NCBI GenBank assembly: GCA_004431415.1
Contig: QPMI01000048.1
Span: 62,001-126,000 of the forward strand
Source: Cyanophora paradoxa CCMP329
Taxonomy: Eukaryota; Plantae; Glaucophyta
Direction: 5' to 3'
DNA: 64,000 nucleotides
The notes below the pieces were generated by a model that did no database searches, was not told the origin of the DNA, and saw only the letters and a program-made list of their open reading frames with translations. The translations under genes and the position numbers were made by a program. This document shows, in pieces, positions 37,165-48,861 of the stretch; the stretch's first letter is position 1, and each line of letters begins with the position of its first letter.

Positions 37165-38238
37165 GGGGGCGGGGGCAGGGACGTCAGTGCGGGGGGGCAC
37201 GCGCCCGCGGGGCGCGCAGCGGAGCACCTTGGCGGGCTTGGCGGGCGCCTTGCCGCGGGCCTCGTTGCGCGCGCTGCCCGGATGCACGGCCGCCGGCTGC
37301 GGCGCGCTCGGCCGGGGGCGGAGGGGCGGCGGCGGCAGCAAGCGGACCGCGCGGGCCGGCGGCGCGACGTTGCGGAGGGGTACAGGCGCGGCCGGCCCCT
37401 GCGGGGGTACCGGGGTGAGGAAGAGTCGGGGGGGGGCGGAAGGAGGGGGGGGCGCGGAAGGGCGGGAGTGGGCGCGGACCGGGGCCGCTCGGCGGTGCGA
37501 GCACACGACGCGCTCGCTGGCGAAGCTGCCCGCGACGAGCTCGCCGGGGGCCCGGGCCTGCGAGACGCCCGCTCGGCCGGCGCCGCGAGGGGCGCGGGCG
37601 GCGCGGCGCACGGGCTCGAGGGATCGAGGTCGGAGCGGCGGGTCCGACGCTCTGCTGCGCTTGCCGCGCGGCCGACCGCGCCGGCGCCGGGGAGCGCGAC
37701 GGGCGCGACGAGGCGCCCGCCGCGGGCCGCTGCGGGCGGCGCCGAAGAGCTCCAGCGCCCCGCCCCGACGCCGGCCGCGCTGCGCCCGCCGCCCTGCGCG
37801 GCCGGCTGAGCGGGCGGCGCGAGTGGGTGGGGCGGGTCGGGCGCACGGGCGTGCAGCGGAGGCAGGCGGGGCCGGCGCCGCGGCGCGTGGCCGCGGCCGC
37901 CAGGGGCGCCTCGCTCAGGCCCTCGATGCGGCACACCTTGACGCCCTCGGGTCTGCGCCCCGTCGGACGGGGCGGCGGGAAGGGCGGCGGGGCGCACGGG
38001 CGAGGGGCGACCCGACGCATCCGCGCGAGGACGCGCCGCGAACGGCACGCAGCCCGGGGCGCTGCCCGAAGCCCTGCAGCCAGAGGGACCCTTCGCTCGC
38101 GAACGCGAATCCGGCCCCGCGCTCCTCGGGCGTCGGCAGAGGCGGCGCGTGAGGGCGGCGGCGGCGGGCGGCGCACCAGGAGGAACGCGAACGTCTCGAG
38201 CTGCGCCGCCGCGCTGCAGTCCTCCGGGCGCGCGCCGC

Positions 38239-38269
<31 letters not shown>

Positions 38270-38989
38270 GCCGCACCTCAGCGCAGAACGCCATGGGCTT
38301 CAGCACCCGGGCGCAGCCGTCGGGCGGCGCGAGGGGCCGCTTCGGGGCGCCCGCGCCCGCGCGTTGCACGCCGAGCTCGCGCCGGCGGCCGCCGGCGGCC
38401 GCCCTTGGCCGCCCGCCGGTCGGATGCACTCCACGAAGTGGTCAGGGCCCTGCCGCAGTGCCGTAAGCCTCGCGCAGCGCTCTCGGCCCGCCGGCGCGCG
38501 CGCGCACCACGCCCCCTGCGGGCGGGACGAGGCGGACTTTTTTTTCGCCAAACGAGACGTCCACGGCCGACGAGACCTCCCACCGAGTCCGCCCGTCGAT
38601 CAGCGCAACTGCGACGGCCTTCGGGCCGCTCCGCGCGCACACCCGCCCGCTCTCCTTGCTCTGCGCGCGGAGATCGGCGACTGGCGACCAGCAGGCGCTC
38701 CAGGTGGAGTGCACCGGCGACGCGGCGAGCGCGGAGGCCGCTCCATTGCTGACGGAGAAGCAGTCCGCATTACTTAGTTGATCAGCGCACGAATTGCTGG
38801 CGCCGCGGAGATGAGTGGCCAACGCGCAGCGCCGGCGTGCGGCAAGCTCGTGGTTCTGCGCGGGCTGTGTGCGACTGTCAGACGTGCGGCATTGGTCGCG
38901 GGTGTGGGTTGAGCGCCGGGCATCGAGGTCCGGAGCCATGGAGGGCGCGTTCGTGTGGGAAAGGGTTGCGAGGCGGACCCGCCTTCGTC
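37165..38989 (-). pseudogene. Gene A copy 3 (3'-truncated), left arm of head-to-head inverted repeat
   Basis: Reverse complement of 39203-~41010, separated by a 213-bp spacer (38990-39202). Confidence 0.65.
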
Positions 38990-39202
38990 TTTACTCGCGT
39001 CTGTGCGCCTGTGCAGGTGGCTGCGCCTCTGCTTGCGGCTGGGCGCTGGCGGCCGGCCGCTGGCGGATGACCCTGGTGACGGGTACAGGGCCCCGCGACT
39101 CCAATGGGGGTACGGGCACAGGCCGCTTCCGAGCTATAGCTATGTCTGCGCTCGTTGCAGATAGTTTTAATTGTTCCAACATTGTTCTCTTCGGTAGCCG
39201 CC

Positions 39203-39919
39203 GACGAAGGCGGGTCCGCCTCGCAACCCCTTCCCACACGAACGCGCCCTCCATGGCTCCGGACCTCGATGCCCGGCAAGCTCAACCCACACCTGCGACC
39301 AATGCCGCACGTCTGACAGTCGCGCACAGCCCGCGCAGAATCACGAGGTCGCCGCACGCCGGCGCTGCGCGTTGGCCTCTCATCTCCGCGGCGCCGGCAA
39401 TTCGTGCGCTGATCAACTAAGTAATGCGGACTGCTTCTCCGTCAGCAATGGAGCGGCCTCCGCGCTCGCCGCGTCGCCGGTGCACTCCACCTGGAGTGCC
39501 TGCTGGCCGCCAGTCGCCGATCTCCGCGCGCAGAGCGAGGAGAGCGGGCGGGTGTGCACGCGGAGCGGCCCGAAGGCCGTCGCATTCGCGCTGAACGACG
39601 GGCGGACTCGGTGGGAGGTCTCGTCGGCTGTGGACGCCTCGCCCAGCGAAAAAAAAGTCCGCCTCGTCCCGCCCGCAGGGGGCGTGGTGCGCGCGCGCGC
39701 CGGCGGGCCGAGAGCGCTGCGCGAAGCTAACGGCACTGCGGCAGGGCCCTGACCACTTCGTGGAGTGCATCCGACCTGCAGGCGGCCGCGGGCGGCCGCC
39801 GGCGGCCGCCGGCGCGAGCTCGGCGTGCAACGCGCGGGCGCGGGCGCCCCGAAGCGGACCCTCGCGCCGCCCGACGGCTGCGCCCGTGCGCGGAAGCCCA
39901 TGGCGTTCTCCGCTGAGGT

Positions 39920-39959
<40 letters not shown>

Positions 39960-41520
39960 GCGCCCGGAGGACTGCAGCGCGGCGGCGCAGCTCGAGACGT
40001 TCGCGTTCCTCCTGGTGCGCCGCCCGCCGCCGCCGGCCTCGCGCGCCGCCTCTGCCGACGCGCGAGGAGCGCGGGGCCGGATTCGCGTTCGCGAGCGAAG
40101 GGTCCCTCTGGCTGCAGGGCTTCGGGTAGCGCCCCGGGCTGCGTGCCGTTCGCGACGCGTCCTCGCGCGGGATGCGTCGGGTCGCCCCCTCGCCCGTGCG
40201 CCCCGCCGCCCTTCCCGCCGCCCCGTCCGACGGGGCGCAGGACCCGAGGGCGTCAAGGTGTGCCGCATCGAGGGCCTGAGCGAGGCGCCCCTGGCGGCCG
40301 CGGCCACGCGCCGCGGCGCCGGCCCCGCCTGCCTCCGCTGCACGCCCGTGCGCCCGACCCGCCCACCCGCTCGCGCCGCCCGCTCAGCCGGCCGCGCAGG
40401 GCGGCGGGCGCAGCGCGGCCAGCGTCGGGGGCGGGGCGCTGGAGCTCTTCGGCGCCGCCCGCAGCGGCCCGCGGCGGGCGCCTCGTCGCGCCCGTTCCGA
40501 CCTCGATCCCCTCGAGCCCGTGCGCCGCGCCGCCCCGCGCCTCTCGCGGCGCCGGGCCGAGCGGGCGCCGCGCAGGCCCGGGCCCCGGCGAGCTCGTCGC
40601 GGGCAGCTTCGGCAGCGAGCGTGTCGCGACGCTCGCACCGCCCAGCGGCCCCCGGTCCGCGTCCGCCCCCCCGCCCCCCCCCCCCTCCCCCCCCCCTCCC
40701 CCCCCCCCCCCGCTCTTCCCCCACTCCTTCCCCCCACCCCCGACTCTTCCTCACCCCCGGTAATCCCGCAGGGGCCGGCCGCGCCTGTACCCCTCCGCAA
40801 CGTCGCGCCGCCGGCCCCGCGGTCCGCTTGCTGCCGCCGCGCGCCCCTCCGCCCCCGGCCGAGCGCGCCGCAGCCGGCGGCCGCGCACGTGCATCCGGGC
40901 AGCGCACACAACGAGGCCCGCGGCAAGGCGCCCGCCAAGTCCGCCAAGGTGCTCCGCTGCGCGCCCCACGGGCGCGTGCCCCTGCCGCACTGACGTCCCT
41001 GCCCCGCCCTCCCCGAGCAGGCTGTACCCCGGCACGACGCCGCTCCCCTGCGGCGGGAGGAGCCGCGGGACGAGGAGCAGGAGGGCATCTAGTTCACCTA
41101 CGCCCTCGACGCCAGCGCCAAGGAGGTGCTGGCGGCCTTGGCGCAGGCCTCCTCCGCCCCACGCCCGCCAAGGTACCCGTTGCTCCGCCGCGCGCCCCGC
41201 GCGCCCCGCCGCGCCGACGGCCGCCGCAGAGGCCGCCGGGCGACGCTGGCGGAGGCGGGGCCGTGGCGGCCGCGGACTCCGGGAGGGCTCAGCGCGGGCC
41301 CCGCTCGAGGCGTCGCGCGCCGCCCTGCGAAGGGTCTCTCGCGCCCAGCGCGCCCGCTCCGCCCCGTAGCCCTGCACCGGCCCCGCGCGGGCCAGCAGAT
41401 CGAGCGAGGCTCATGTTGGCGCAGGGAAATTCGAATAGCGCGAGAGCTAGGGTGAGGATGAGTGCATGTGCTTCGAAATCGATCCAATGTACGTGTGAAG
41501 TTGCAATTGCAAGCACACTA
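39203..41520 (+). pseudogene. Gene A copy 4
   Basis: Full-length homolog. Has an in-frame TAG (GGCATCTAG, ~41085-41092) shared with copy 5, where copy 2 has CAG. Confidence 0.65.
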
Positions 41521-42063
41521 GCTATGGTACTGGCGGGGGCGACTCAGCGTGAGATCTAGATTGTGCGCAAGAGACGGGGCGCCGTAAAGGCCTAGGAGAG
41601 TGATCGTGCTGCTGTGAAGGCAGAGGTGAGAGGCAGGAGAAATCTGCCCCCAGATCTAGACGTCGATCGATCGCGCGACTGCCCCGGTCTGCCCGCGGCC
41701 ACGGCCGCGGGGTACACATAACGCGAAAAGCGACAGCTGCAGCCTTCGCACAACGTTCCCGTTGACTGTAGACCGCGCTGCAGCTGGAGCGGACTATATC
41801 TGGCCTAGTACGAGGCTTTCTGTGTGCTCACCACTGCCTGCTTCGTGATAAAACATGACATTGCCCCCAGGCTGGGCCCCAGCAGCCCGCGCAGATTGAC
41901 ATTGGGCCGGCATCGGGGTTCATACGAAGGTTAGTCGGCGGTATTGATCCAAATAAGCCCTGACGCTATGCGCCGTGAAGAGATAGATGAAAGGGAATCG
42001 AAAAAATGCCCTGACAGCAGCATGCGCAGTTTGGCCTTTGACGGTTACGGGAGAGGCTTTCAA

Positions 42064-45000
42064 ATGGCATCCTCGGATCAGGGGATGAGAAGGTGCGCCT
42101 CGCAAAAGCCTTGCGCCCTGTCCCTGGCCAAATGCATGGCACCTCCTGATCTACGGCCTCTGCTGATCCAGGGACGGCGCCCACGACGGCCATTGCCTAC
42201 AAACCAGTGAGAGGTGTGTGTTGACCTTCGTAAGCGCGTGCGTGCATGGGCCGCACGGTGTGAATCCGTCGCATGCGCACAGAACGTTGACAGAAACGGG
42301 CTCCACGGGCGCGCGCGGCCATGACGATCCGAACTTCAGTTTCCCGGTGCATGCAATCCTTTGATGGGAGCTTATTGAGAAGCCTGACCCCCGCCGCGCA
42401 CAGCCCTCTGCGGGAAGCGGCGGGGGAACGGCTCACACAAGCGGTTCACCCGCTGCGGGATCTGCTCGCGGTCCTCGCACCAGAGCTCGAGCCGACGAAG
42501 ACACTCACGAAGCTCAGGTTAACGTTACGCTTACGGTGCGTACGCGTGAGCACCGGCATTTGCTGCTCGCTGCGCGCTCATCGCCTGGTTTTTTTCTAGG
42601 GGGGTGTACTCGCGACAAGAACCGCGCACCCGTGCGCTGTCTGCGGCTCCTGGCTAGCTCTCCACTCACTGAGCCGGAACCAGAAAACGCTCTACGGTCG
42701 CCACCGGATATGATCTCGCAGCGGCGCCGGCGCGATTGCAGCCAGCTTCGTCGTCGGCGGCTGCTCGCCCAGCACAGAGGTGATTCAAGCCCACGCTCCG
42801 CCTGTCGTTCGAGCTGACCCGTTCTTCGCAGACGAGAGTGGGCCAGCACGCTCATTGCAAACGATTGCGTTGGGCAGATCGCACCGTCCGTCTCTCGTCC
42901 CCATGGCCAGCGATTCTCCTCGCGGCTCACGAGCGACGCGTGCAGATCCTTCTCCTCCCCCTCGCGGTCGCCGCGTAAGCGCACTCGTGGAGACGAGCCT
43001 CGTGAGCAGCCGGATGTTGAGCAGCCGCCGCGTCGGGGCCGGCGCCACGAGGAAGACTTCGGCCGTGATCAGGGCGCCTCGTCGCCAGAAGGCTCCGTGA
43101 TTTCTTCCAGCGGCTACGGGTGCCGGCTTGCGGCTCCGATCTTCTTTTCCTTTCTTTTCTGAAGCGGCGCAGATCGAGTCATGAGACGCCGAACAGCGCT
43201 TCTGGCTCCCCGCACATCACCGCTCATCTCGGACGGCAATCCTCGCCTTCGGCGGCGCCCTGCAACGCGTCGTCCGTGCCCTTATTCCCGTTCGGGTCCG
43301 CGCTTGCCGCTGCGGTCGAGTCGTCCGTCCATTCATCGCTTCTGCAGGCGGTCGCCCTCTCCGCCGCGCTCCGCGCCGCCGCCCTGCCCGTGCGCCGCCG
43401 CCTGCCCGGCTCGCCACTTCACCCTCGCTCGCTGACTCGAGTCCAGCGGCGGCGCCGGCGCAGTGACGGCTGCTCGAGAGCCCCTCCGACCCGCCGCCGC
43501 CAGCCCGTCCGTCCCTACCCGCGCCTCCTCTTCCCTGCGCCCTGAGCCGTCCCGCAGAGCGCACGCGCCACAGCCGCCAGCAAGCCACGACGTCGACGCG
43601 TCCGCGTCGATCTCACAGCGTACAGCGGGCCACCGTGTCGCCAATCGGCCGAAGAAGGGGCCGCTGTGGTCTATGGTTTCCAAGACGGATAAAGGCGACG
43701 GCAACACGTACAGCAATGAGGATGCTCTGCTCAAAGCGATCGTCTTGAACTTCATTTGCCACTGCTGTCAGATCTTCAACAAGAACAACCGGCCACAGCG
43801 AGCAGCAGCGGAGGCAGCGTCAGAACTCCCGCTGGAAGCAAGGGGGCGTTGCTTCTCCCTGCACCGCAACTCCCTGCCAAAACCGCACCGCCGTTGCTTC
43901 AAATCGTGCAAGGAGATGCACAAGGTATGGAGCTCATTCAACATACGAGGCGACCCCACCGTTCGACCCAACAGACAAGCCAGACAAGCCGCCCGCACAA
44001 TCGTCGCCTGGTTCGCCCCGCTGCTGCGGATGGCCGCTTCCGCCGACGAGCGCGGCATCGACGTGCGCGCCCCTAGCCTCGCCTCAAGCTCACGATGCCA
44101 GAGCGGGCTCATGCGGCCCTCCGCAGGTGGAGAGCATGACGCTGTCGGGGCAGGGCGGGCAGCGGTGGAACGGGGACGAGTGGGCTGGGGAGACCTTCGA
44201 GAAGTTCGGCAAGCAGGTCTTCATCCGTTGCGTCGGCACCGCCCTCGCCGGCCAGGAGGTCCCGGACGGCCTCACCGACGTCATCAAGGCCTGGGAGCGC
44301 GAGGTCGACTCGCGAATCCAGGCGGCCGCGCTTCCCCCCTCGCCGCCTGCGCCGAAGCCTCCGCTGCCCCCCGCCCACCCGCCGTACCCCTGGCCCTCGC
44401 ACCTGTACCTCCTCGACCTGCACCCCCTCGGCTTCTTCGGCGGCTGGCCCGACGGCGCTCTTGTACCCCTCCCTCCATTACAGGCGCCGCCCGTGCCCCT
44501 CCCCGCCCAGCAGCAGCCGGCGACGGATCTCTGGCCCCTGTACCATGTCGCCGGGCCCCAGGCGCTGCCCGCGCCCTTCCCCGCCCAGCAGCAGCCGGCG
44601 ACGGATCTCTGGCCCCTGTACCATGTCGCCGGGCCCCAGGCGCTGCCCGCGCCCTTCCCCGCCCAGCAGCAGCCGGCGACGGATCTCTGGCCCCTGTACC
44701 ATGTCGCCGGGCCCCAGGCGCTGCCCGCGCCCTTCCCCGCCCAGCAGCAGCCGGCGACGGATCTCTGGCCCCTGGCCCATGTCGCCGGGCACCAGGCGCC
44801 GCCCGCGTCCCTCCCCGCCCAGCAGCAGCCGGCGACGGATCTCTGGTCCCTGGCCCATGTCGACGGGCCCCAGGCGCCGCTTTTGGCGGCCGAGGCGACG
44901 GCGGAGGGCTGGGCGGCGGGCGCAGAAGAGGCGACGGCGTGGACCCTGCAGCTCGAGCTGCAGCCGGTGCCGCTGCTCGTCGCGAGCGGTGGCTGTTGCG

Positions 45001-45221
45001 GCGCGGGCCTCAGCGACCCCGACGTTGACCGCTGGTCCTCCTTCCTGCTGGGCGTCGGGCCGCTTCCGCCTCTTGTCGTTGTGGGAGAGGCACCCGCCGC
45101 GGCAGGCCTGCCGCTGGGATCAGCTGCAGGCGCGGCGCCGGCTTGGCGCGTGAACTCCCCAGAGCCTCTTGCCGGCGCCGGGGCCCCCCTCGGCCCGCAG
45201 GCCCCGCCGCAGCTGGCATGA
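42064..45221 (+). CDS. Orphan multi-exon gene 'B' with Cys/His-containing core and 26-aa tandem repeats (start uncertain)
   Basis: Globular-looking exon ..GPLWSMVSKTDKGDGNTYSNEDALLKAIVLNFICHCCQIF..RCFKSCKEMHKVWSSFNIRG.. is followed by the 44127-45221 exon. Upstream Ser/Pro-rich exons were inferred from GT-AG sites only. Confidence 0.5.
44502..44880 (+). repeat. 78-bp coding minisatellite, ~5 copies (PAQQQPATDLWPLYHVAGPQALPAPF)
   Basis: Directly visible in the sequence and in ORF 44127-45221. Confidence 0.95.
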
Positions 45222-45589
45222 GGCAGCACGCTTTGTTCGGACGGTACGCTTTGTTCTGCAGCGCAGCGCTCGGGCGATGCTTGCACTCACCGCTCCCGGC
45301 AGACGGCTCGAGCCGCCCTTGATGGGGCCCATCATGGGGGCCCCGCGGGGGGTCGCTCCCTTGCGGCTTCAACGCCGCCGCTGCGCCGACCCGGCATCTG
45401 CCCCTGTCCTCCGCCGCAGGGCACGGCGGCTGCAGGCCCCTCCCGCTGACCCCTTCCTCACAGTCACCTTCGCCCCCTCTGACGGCGAGCCCGGCCCTCT
45501 AGCTGCAGCACCCCCCGCTCCCGCAGCACCAGCCCCGGGCCCTCCTGTCCCGGGCCGCACCTGCATCCTGCTCTCTGAGTCTGCCATAT

Positions 45590-47980
45590 GCTCCCTCAGC
45601 TTGTAGGCTCAAACCACCTGAGTCTGCATGCGCACTCTCTTTTGTTTTAGCTGTGTATACGTACCTCTCCCGCCTTCTGCGGCTCTGTCTCCTAATTATG
45701 AGCATCCCCCCACGTGCAGCGCCAGTGCGCTTGCAACTTTACATTGGATCGATTTCGAAGCACATGCACTCATCCTCACCCTAGCTCTCGCGCTATTCGA
45801 ATTTCCCTGCGCAAACATGAGGCTCGCTCGATCTGCTGGCCCGCGCGGGGCCGGTGCAGGGCTACGGGGCGGAGCGGGCGCGCTGGGCGCGAGAGACCCT
45901 TCGCAGGGCGGCGCGCGACGCCTCGAGCGGGGCCCGCGCTGAGCCCTCCCGGAGTCCGCGGCCGCCACGGCCCCGCCTCCGCCAGCGTCGCCCGGCGGCC
46001 TCTGCGGCGGCCGTCGGCGCGGCGGGGCGCGCGGGGCGCGCGGCGGAGCAACGGGTACCTTGGCGGGCGTGGGGGCGGAGGAGGCCTGCGCCAAGGCCGC
46101 CAGCACCTCCTTGGCGCTGGCGTCGAGGGCGTAGGTGAACTAGATGCCCTCCTGCTCCTCGTCCCGCGGCTCCTCCCGCCGCAGGGGAGCGGCGTCGTGC
46201 CGGGGTACAGCCTGCTCGGGGGAGGGCGGGGGCAGGGACGTCAGTGCGGCAGGGGCACGCGCCCGTGGGGCGCGCAGCGGAGCACCTTGGCGGACTTGGC
46301 GGGCGCCTTGCCGCGGGCCTCGTTGTGTGCGCTGCCCGGATGCACGTGCGCGGCCGCCGGCTGCGGCGCGCTCGGCCGGGGCGGAGGGGCGGCGGCAGCA
46401 AGCGGACCGCGGGGGCCGGCGGCGCGACGTTGCGGAGGGGTACAGGCGCGGCCGGTCCCTGCGGGATTACCGGGGGTGAGGAAGAGTCGGGGGTGGGGGA
46501 AGGAGTGGGGGGAAGAGCGGGGGGGGGAGGGGGGAGGGGGGGGGGGAGAGGGGGCGCGGACCGGGGGCCGCTGGGCGGTGCGAGCGTCGCGACGCGCTCG
46601 CTGCCGAAGCTGCCCGCGACGAGCTCGCCGGGGGCCCGGGCCTGCGCGGCGCCCGCTCGGCCCGGCGCCGCGAGAGGCGCGGGGCGGCGCGGCGCACGGG
46701 CTCGAGGGATCGAGGTCGGAACGGGCGCGACGAGGCGCCCGCCGCGGGCCGCTGCGGGCGGCGCCGAAGAGCTCCAGCGCCCCGCCCCGACGCCGGCCGC
46801 GCTGCGCCCGCCGCCCTGCGCGGCCGGCTGAGCGGGCGGCGCGAGCGGGTGGGGCGGGTCGGGCGCACGGGCGTGCAGCGGAGGCAGGCGGGGCCGGCGC
46901 CGCGGCGCGTGGCCGCGGCCGCCAGGGGCGCCTCGCTCAGGCCCTCGATGCGGCACACCTTGACGCCCTCGGGTCCTGCGCCCCGTCGGACGGGGCGGCG
47001 GGAAGGGCGGCGGGGGCGCACGGGCGAGGGGGCGACCCGACGCATCCCGCGCGAGGACGCGTCGCGAACGGCACGCAGCCCGGGGCGCTGCCCGAAGCCC
47101 TGCAGCCAGAGGGACCCTTCGCTCGCGAACGCGAATCCGGCCCCGCGCTCCTCGCGCGTCGGCAGAGGCGGCGCGCGAGGCCGGCGGCGGCGGGCGGCGC
47201 ACCAGGAGGAACGCGAACGTCTCGAGCTGCGCCGCCGCGCTGCAGTCCTCCGGGCGCGCGCCGCCGCCGCCGCGCCGCCGCCGCCGCCGCCGCCGCACCT
47301 CAGCGGAGAACGCCATGGGCTTCCGCGCACGGGCGCAGCCGTCGGGCGGCGCGAGGGCCGCTTCGGGGCGCCTGCGCCCGCGCGGTGCACGCCCAGCTCG
47401 CGCCGGCGGCCGCCGGTGGCCGCCAGCCGGTCGGATGCACGCCGCGAAGTGGTCAGGGCCCTGCCGCAGTGCCGTTAGCTTTGCGCAGCGCTCTCGGCCC
47501 GCCGGCGCGCGCGCGCACCACGCCCCCTGCGGGCGGGACGAGGCGGACTTTTTTTTCGCTGGGCGAGGCGTCCACAGCCGACGAGACCTCCCACCGAGTC
47601 CGCCCGTCGTTCAGCGCGAATGCGACGGCCTTCGGGCCGCTCCGCGTGCACACCCGCCCGCTCTCCTTGCTCTGCGCGCGGAGATCGGCGACTGGCGGCC
47701 AGCAGGCACTCCAGGTGGAATGCACCGGCGACGCGGCGAGCGCGGAGGCCGTTCCGTTGCTGACGGAGAAGCAGTCCGCATTACTTCGTTGATCAGCGCA
47801 CGCAGTGCCAGCGCGGCGGAGATGAGAGGCCAACGCGCAGCGCCGGCGTGCGGCGACCTCGTGATTCTGCGCGGGCTGTGCGCGACTGTCAGAAGGGCGG
47901 CATTGGCCGCGGGTGTGGGTTGAACTTGCCTAGCATCGAGGTCTGGAGCCATGGGCGCGGTCGTGCGGGAAAGGGTCGCG
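45590..47980 (-). pseudogene. Gene A copy 5; forms ~2.3-kb inverted repeat with copy 4
   Basis: Reverse complement of 39240-41510, sharing the derived stop codon and deletion. Its 3' flank matches 22400-22590. Confidence 0.65.
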
Positions 47981-48317
47981 CAGCGGGCGTGTGTCGGACC
48001 GGACCGCGAGTACGGCCGTAGGCCTGTAGGTGTGCTTAAGCATTGTATGTGCTTAAGCCTGTATACGTAGTACGTACGTAGCTTAAGCTTGAGCAAATGG
48101 AGGTTTGGGTACAATAAAACCTAGGAGGAAAAACCCGCGCCGGCGAAAAACAACAATGGCTCATTGCAATTATTCAGAAGAATTTCACCGTTTTGGGGGT
48201 ACATGGTTCTAACCCAAATTAACCGTTCGAATTCGTCGCCGGCTGCGGGCCTGCGCGCGCGGCGCATGCGCATGCGCACTGCGCAGCCGCTGCGCTTTCA
48301 TGCTCGAGCTAGCTATA

Positions 48318-48563
48318 CCGTAGACGACTTAAATACCGCGCCACATATTACCGCGTTCTAAAATTTCGGCGCCGGTAGGCGCTTTAGCGCGGCACCAAAT
48401 TAGCGCGTTTTCATCAATTTGGGGTACGGCCCATACAAAAGTGTTAGCAAATCTAAGCAAAAGACAATTACCGCGCTACCAAATTACCGCGTTCTAAAAA
48501 TTTTGAGCGCGGTAATTTGGTAGCGCAGTAGTTAAGTCAGCGCGGTATATAAGTCGTCTACGG
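48318..48563. mobile_element. MITE with TA TSD
   Basis: Perfect TIR TA|CCGTAGACGACTTA ... TAAGTCGTCTACGG|TA. Same family as 12156-12619. Confidence 0.85.
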
Positions 48564-48861
48564 TAGCCGCTGCTGACTCAGTGACTCGCCAGTGAGAGTC
48601 GCCACTGAGTCGCCAGCCGCTAGCTATAGCTAAACAGCATCACGCCAGCAGCTATAGCTACTAGTAGTGCTCACTGCTCATATCAGCGGCTGTCGAAGCC
48701 TGTCGACGTCGCAGCGCTCGTATACGTACCGTATATATAGTACCGCGCGCTAACGTTCTGCTGTCTCGATCAGTCACACGGTTATCGCCGTTGAATTGCC
48801 TCTCGCTCTCGCTCAACAACTAGCGAGCGAAGTTGGGGGCCAGGCCTAGGGCGCGGCCGCG

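Noticed and set aside
44502-44880. Repeat-spacer array
   Set aside because: Contiguous in-frame coding minisatellite with no variable spacers.
37029-47923. Long ORFs of 300-700 aa in several frames across the gene A copies (also 13940-15367 and 21156-22336)
   Set aside because: Arg/Ala/Pro/Gly-rich shadow frames caused by extreme GC content. They run through evident introns and are not conserved in frame between copies.
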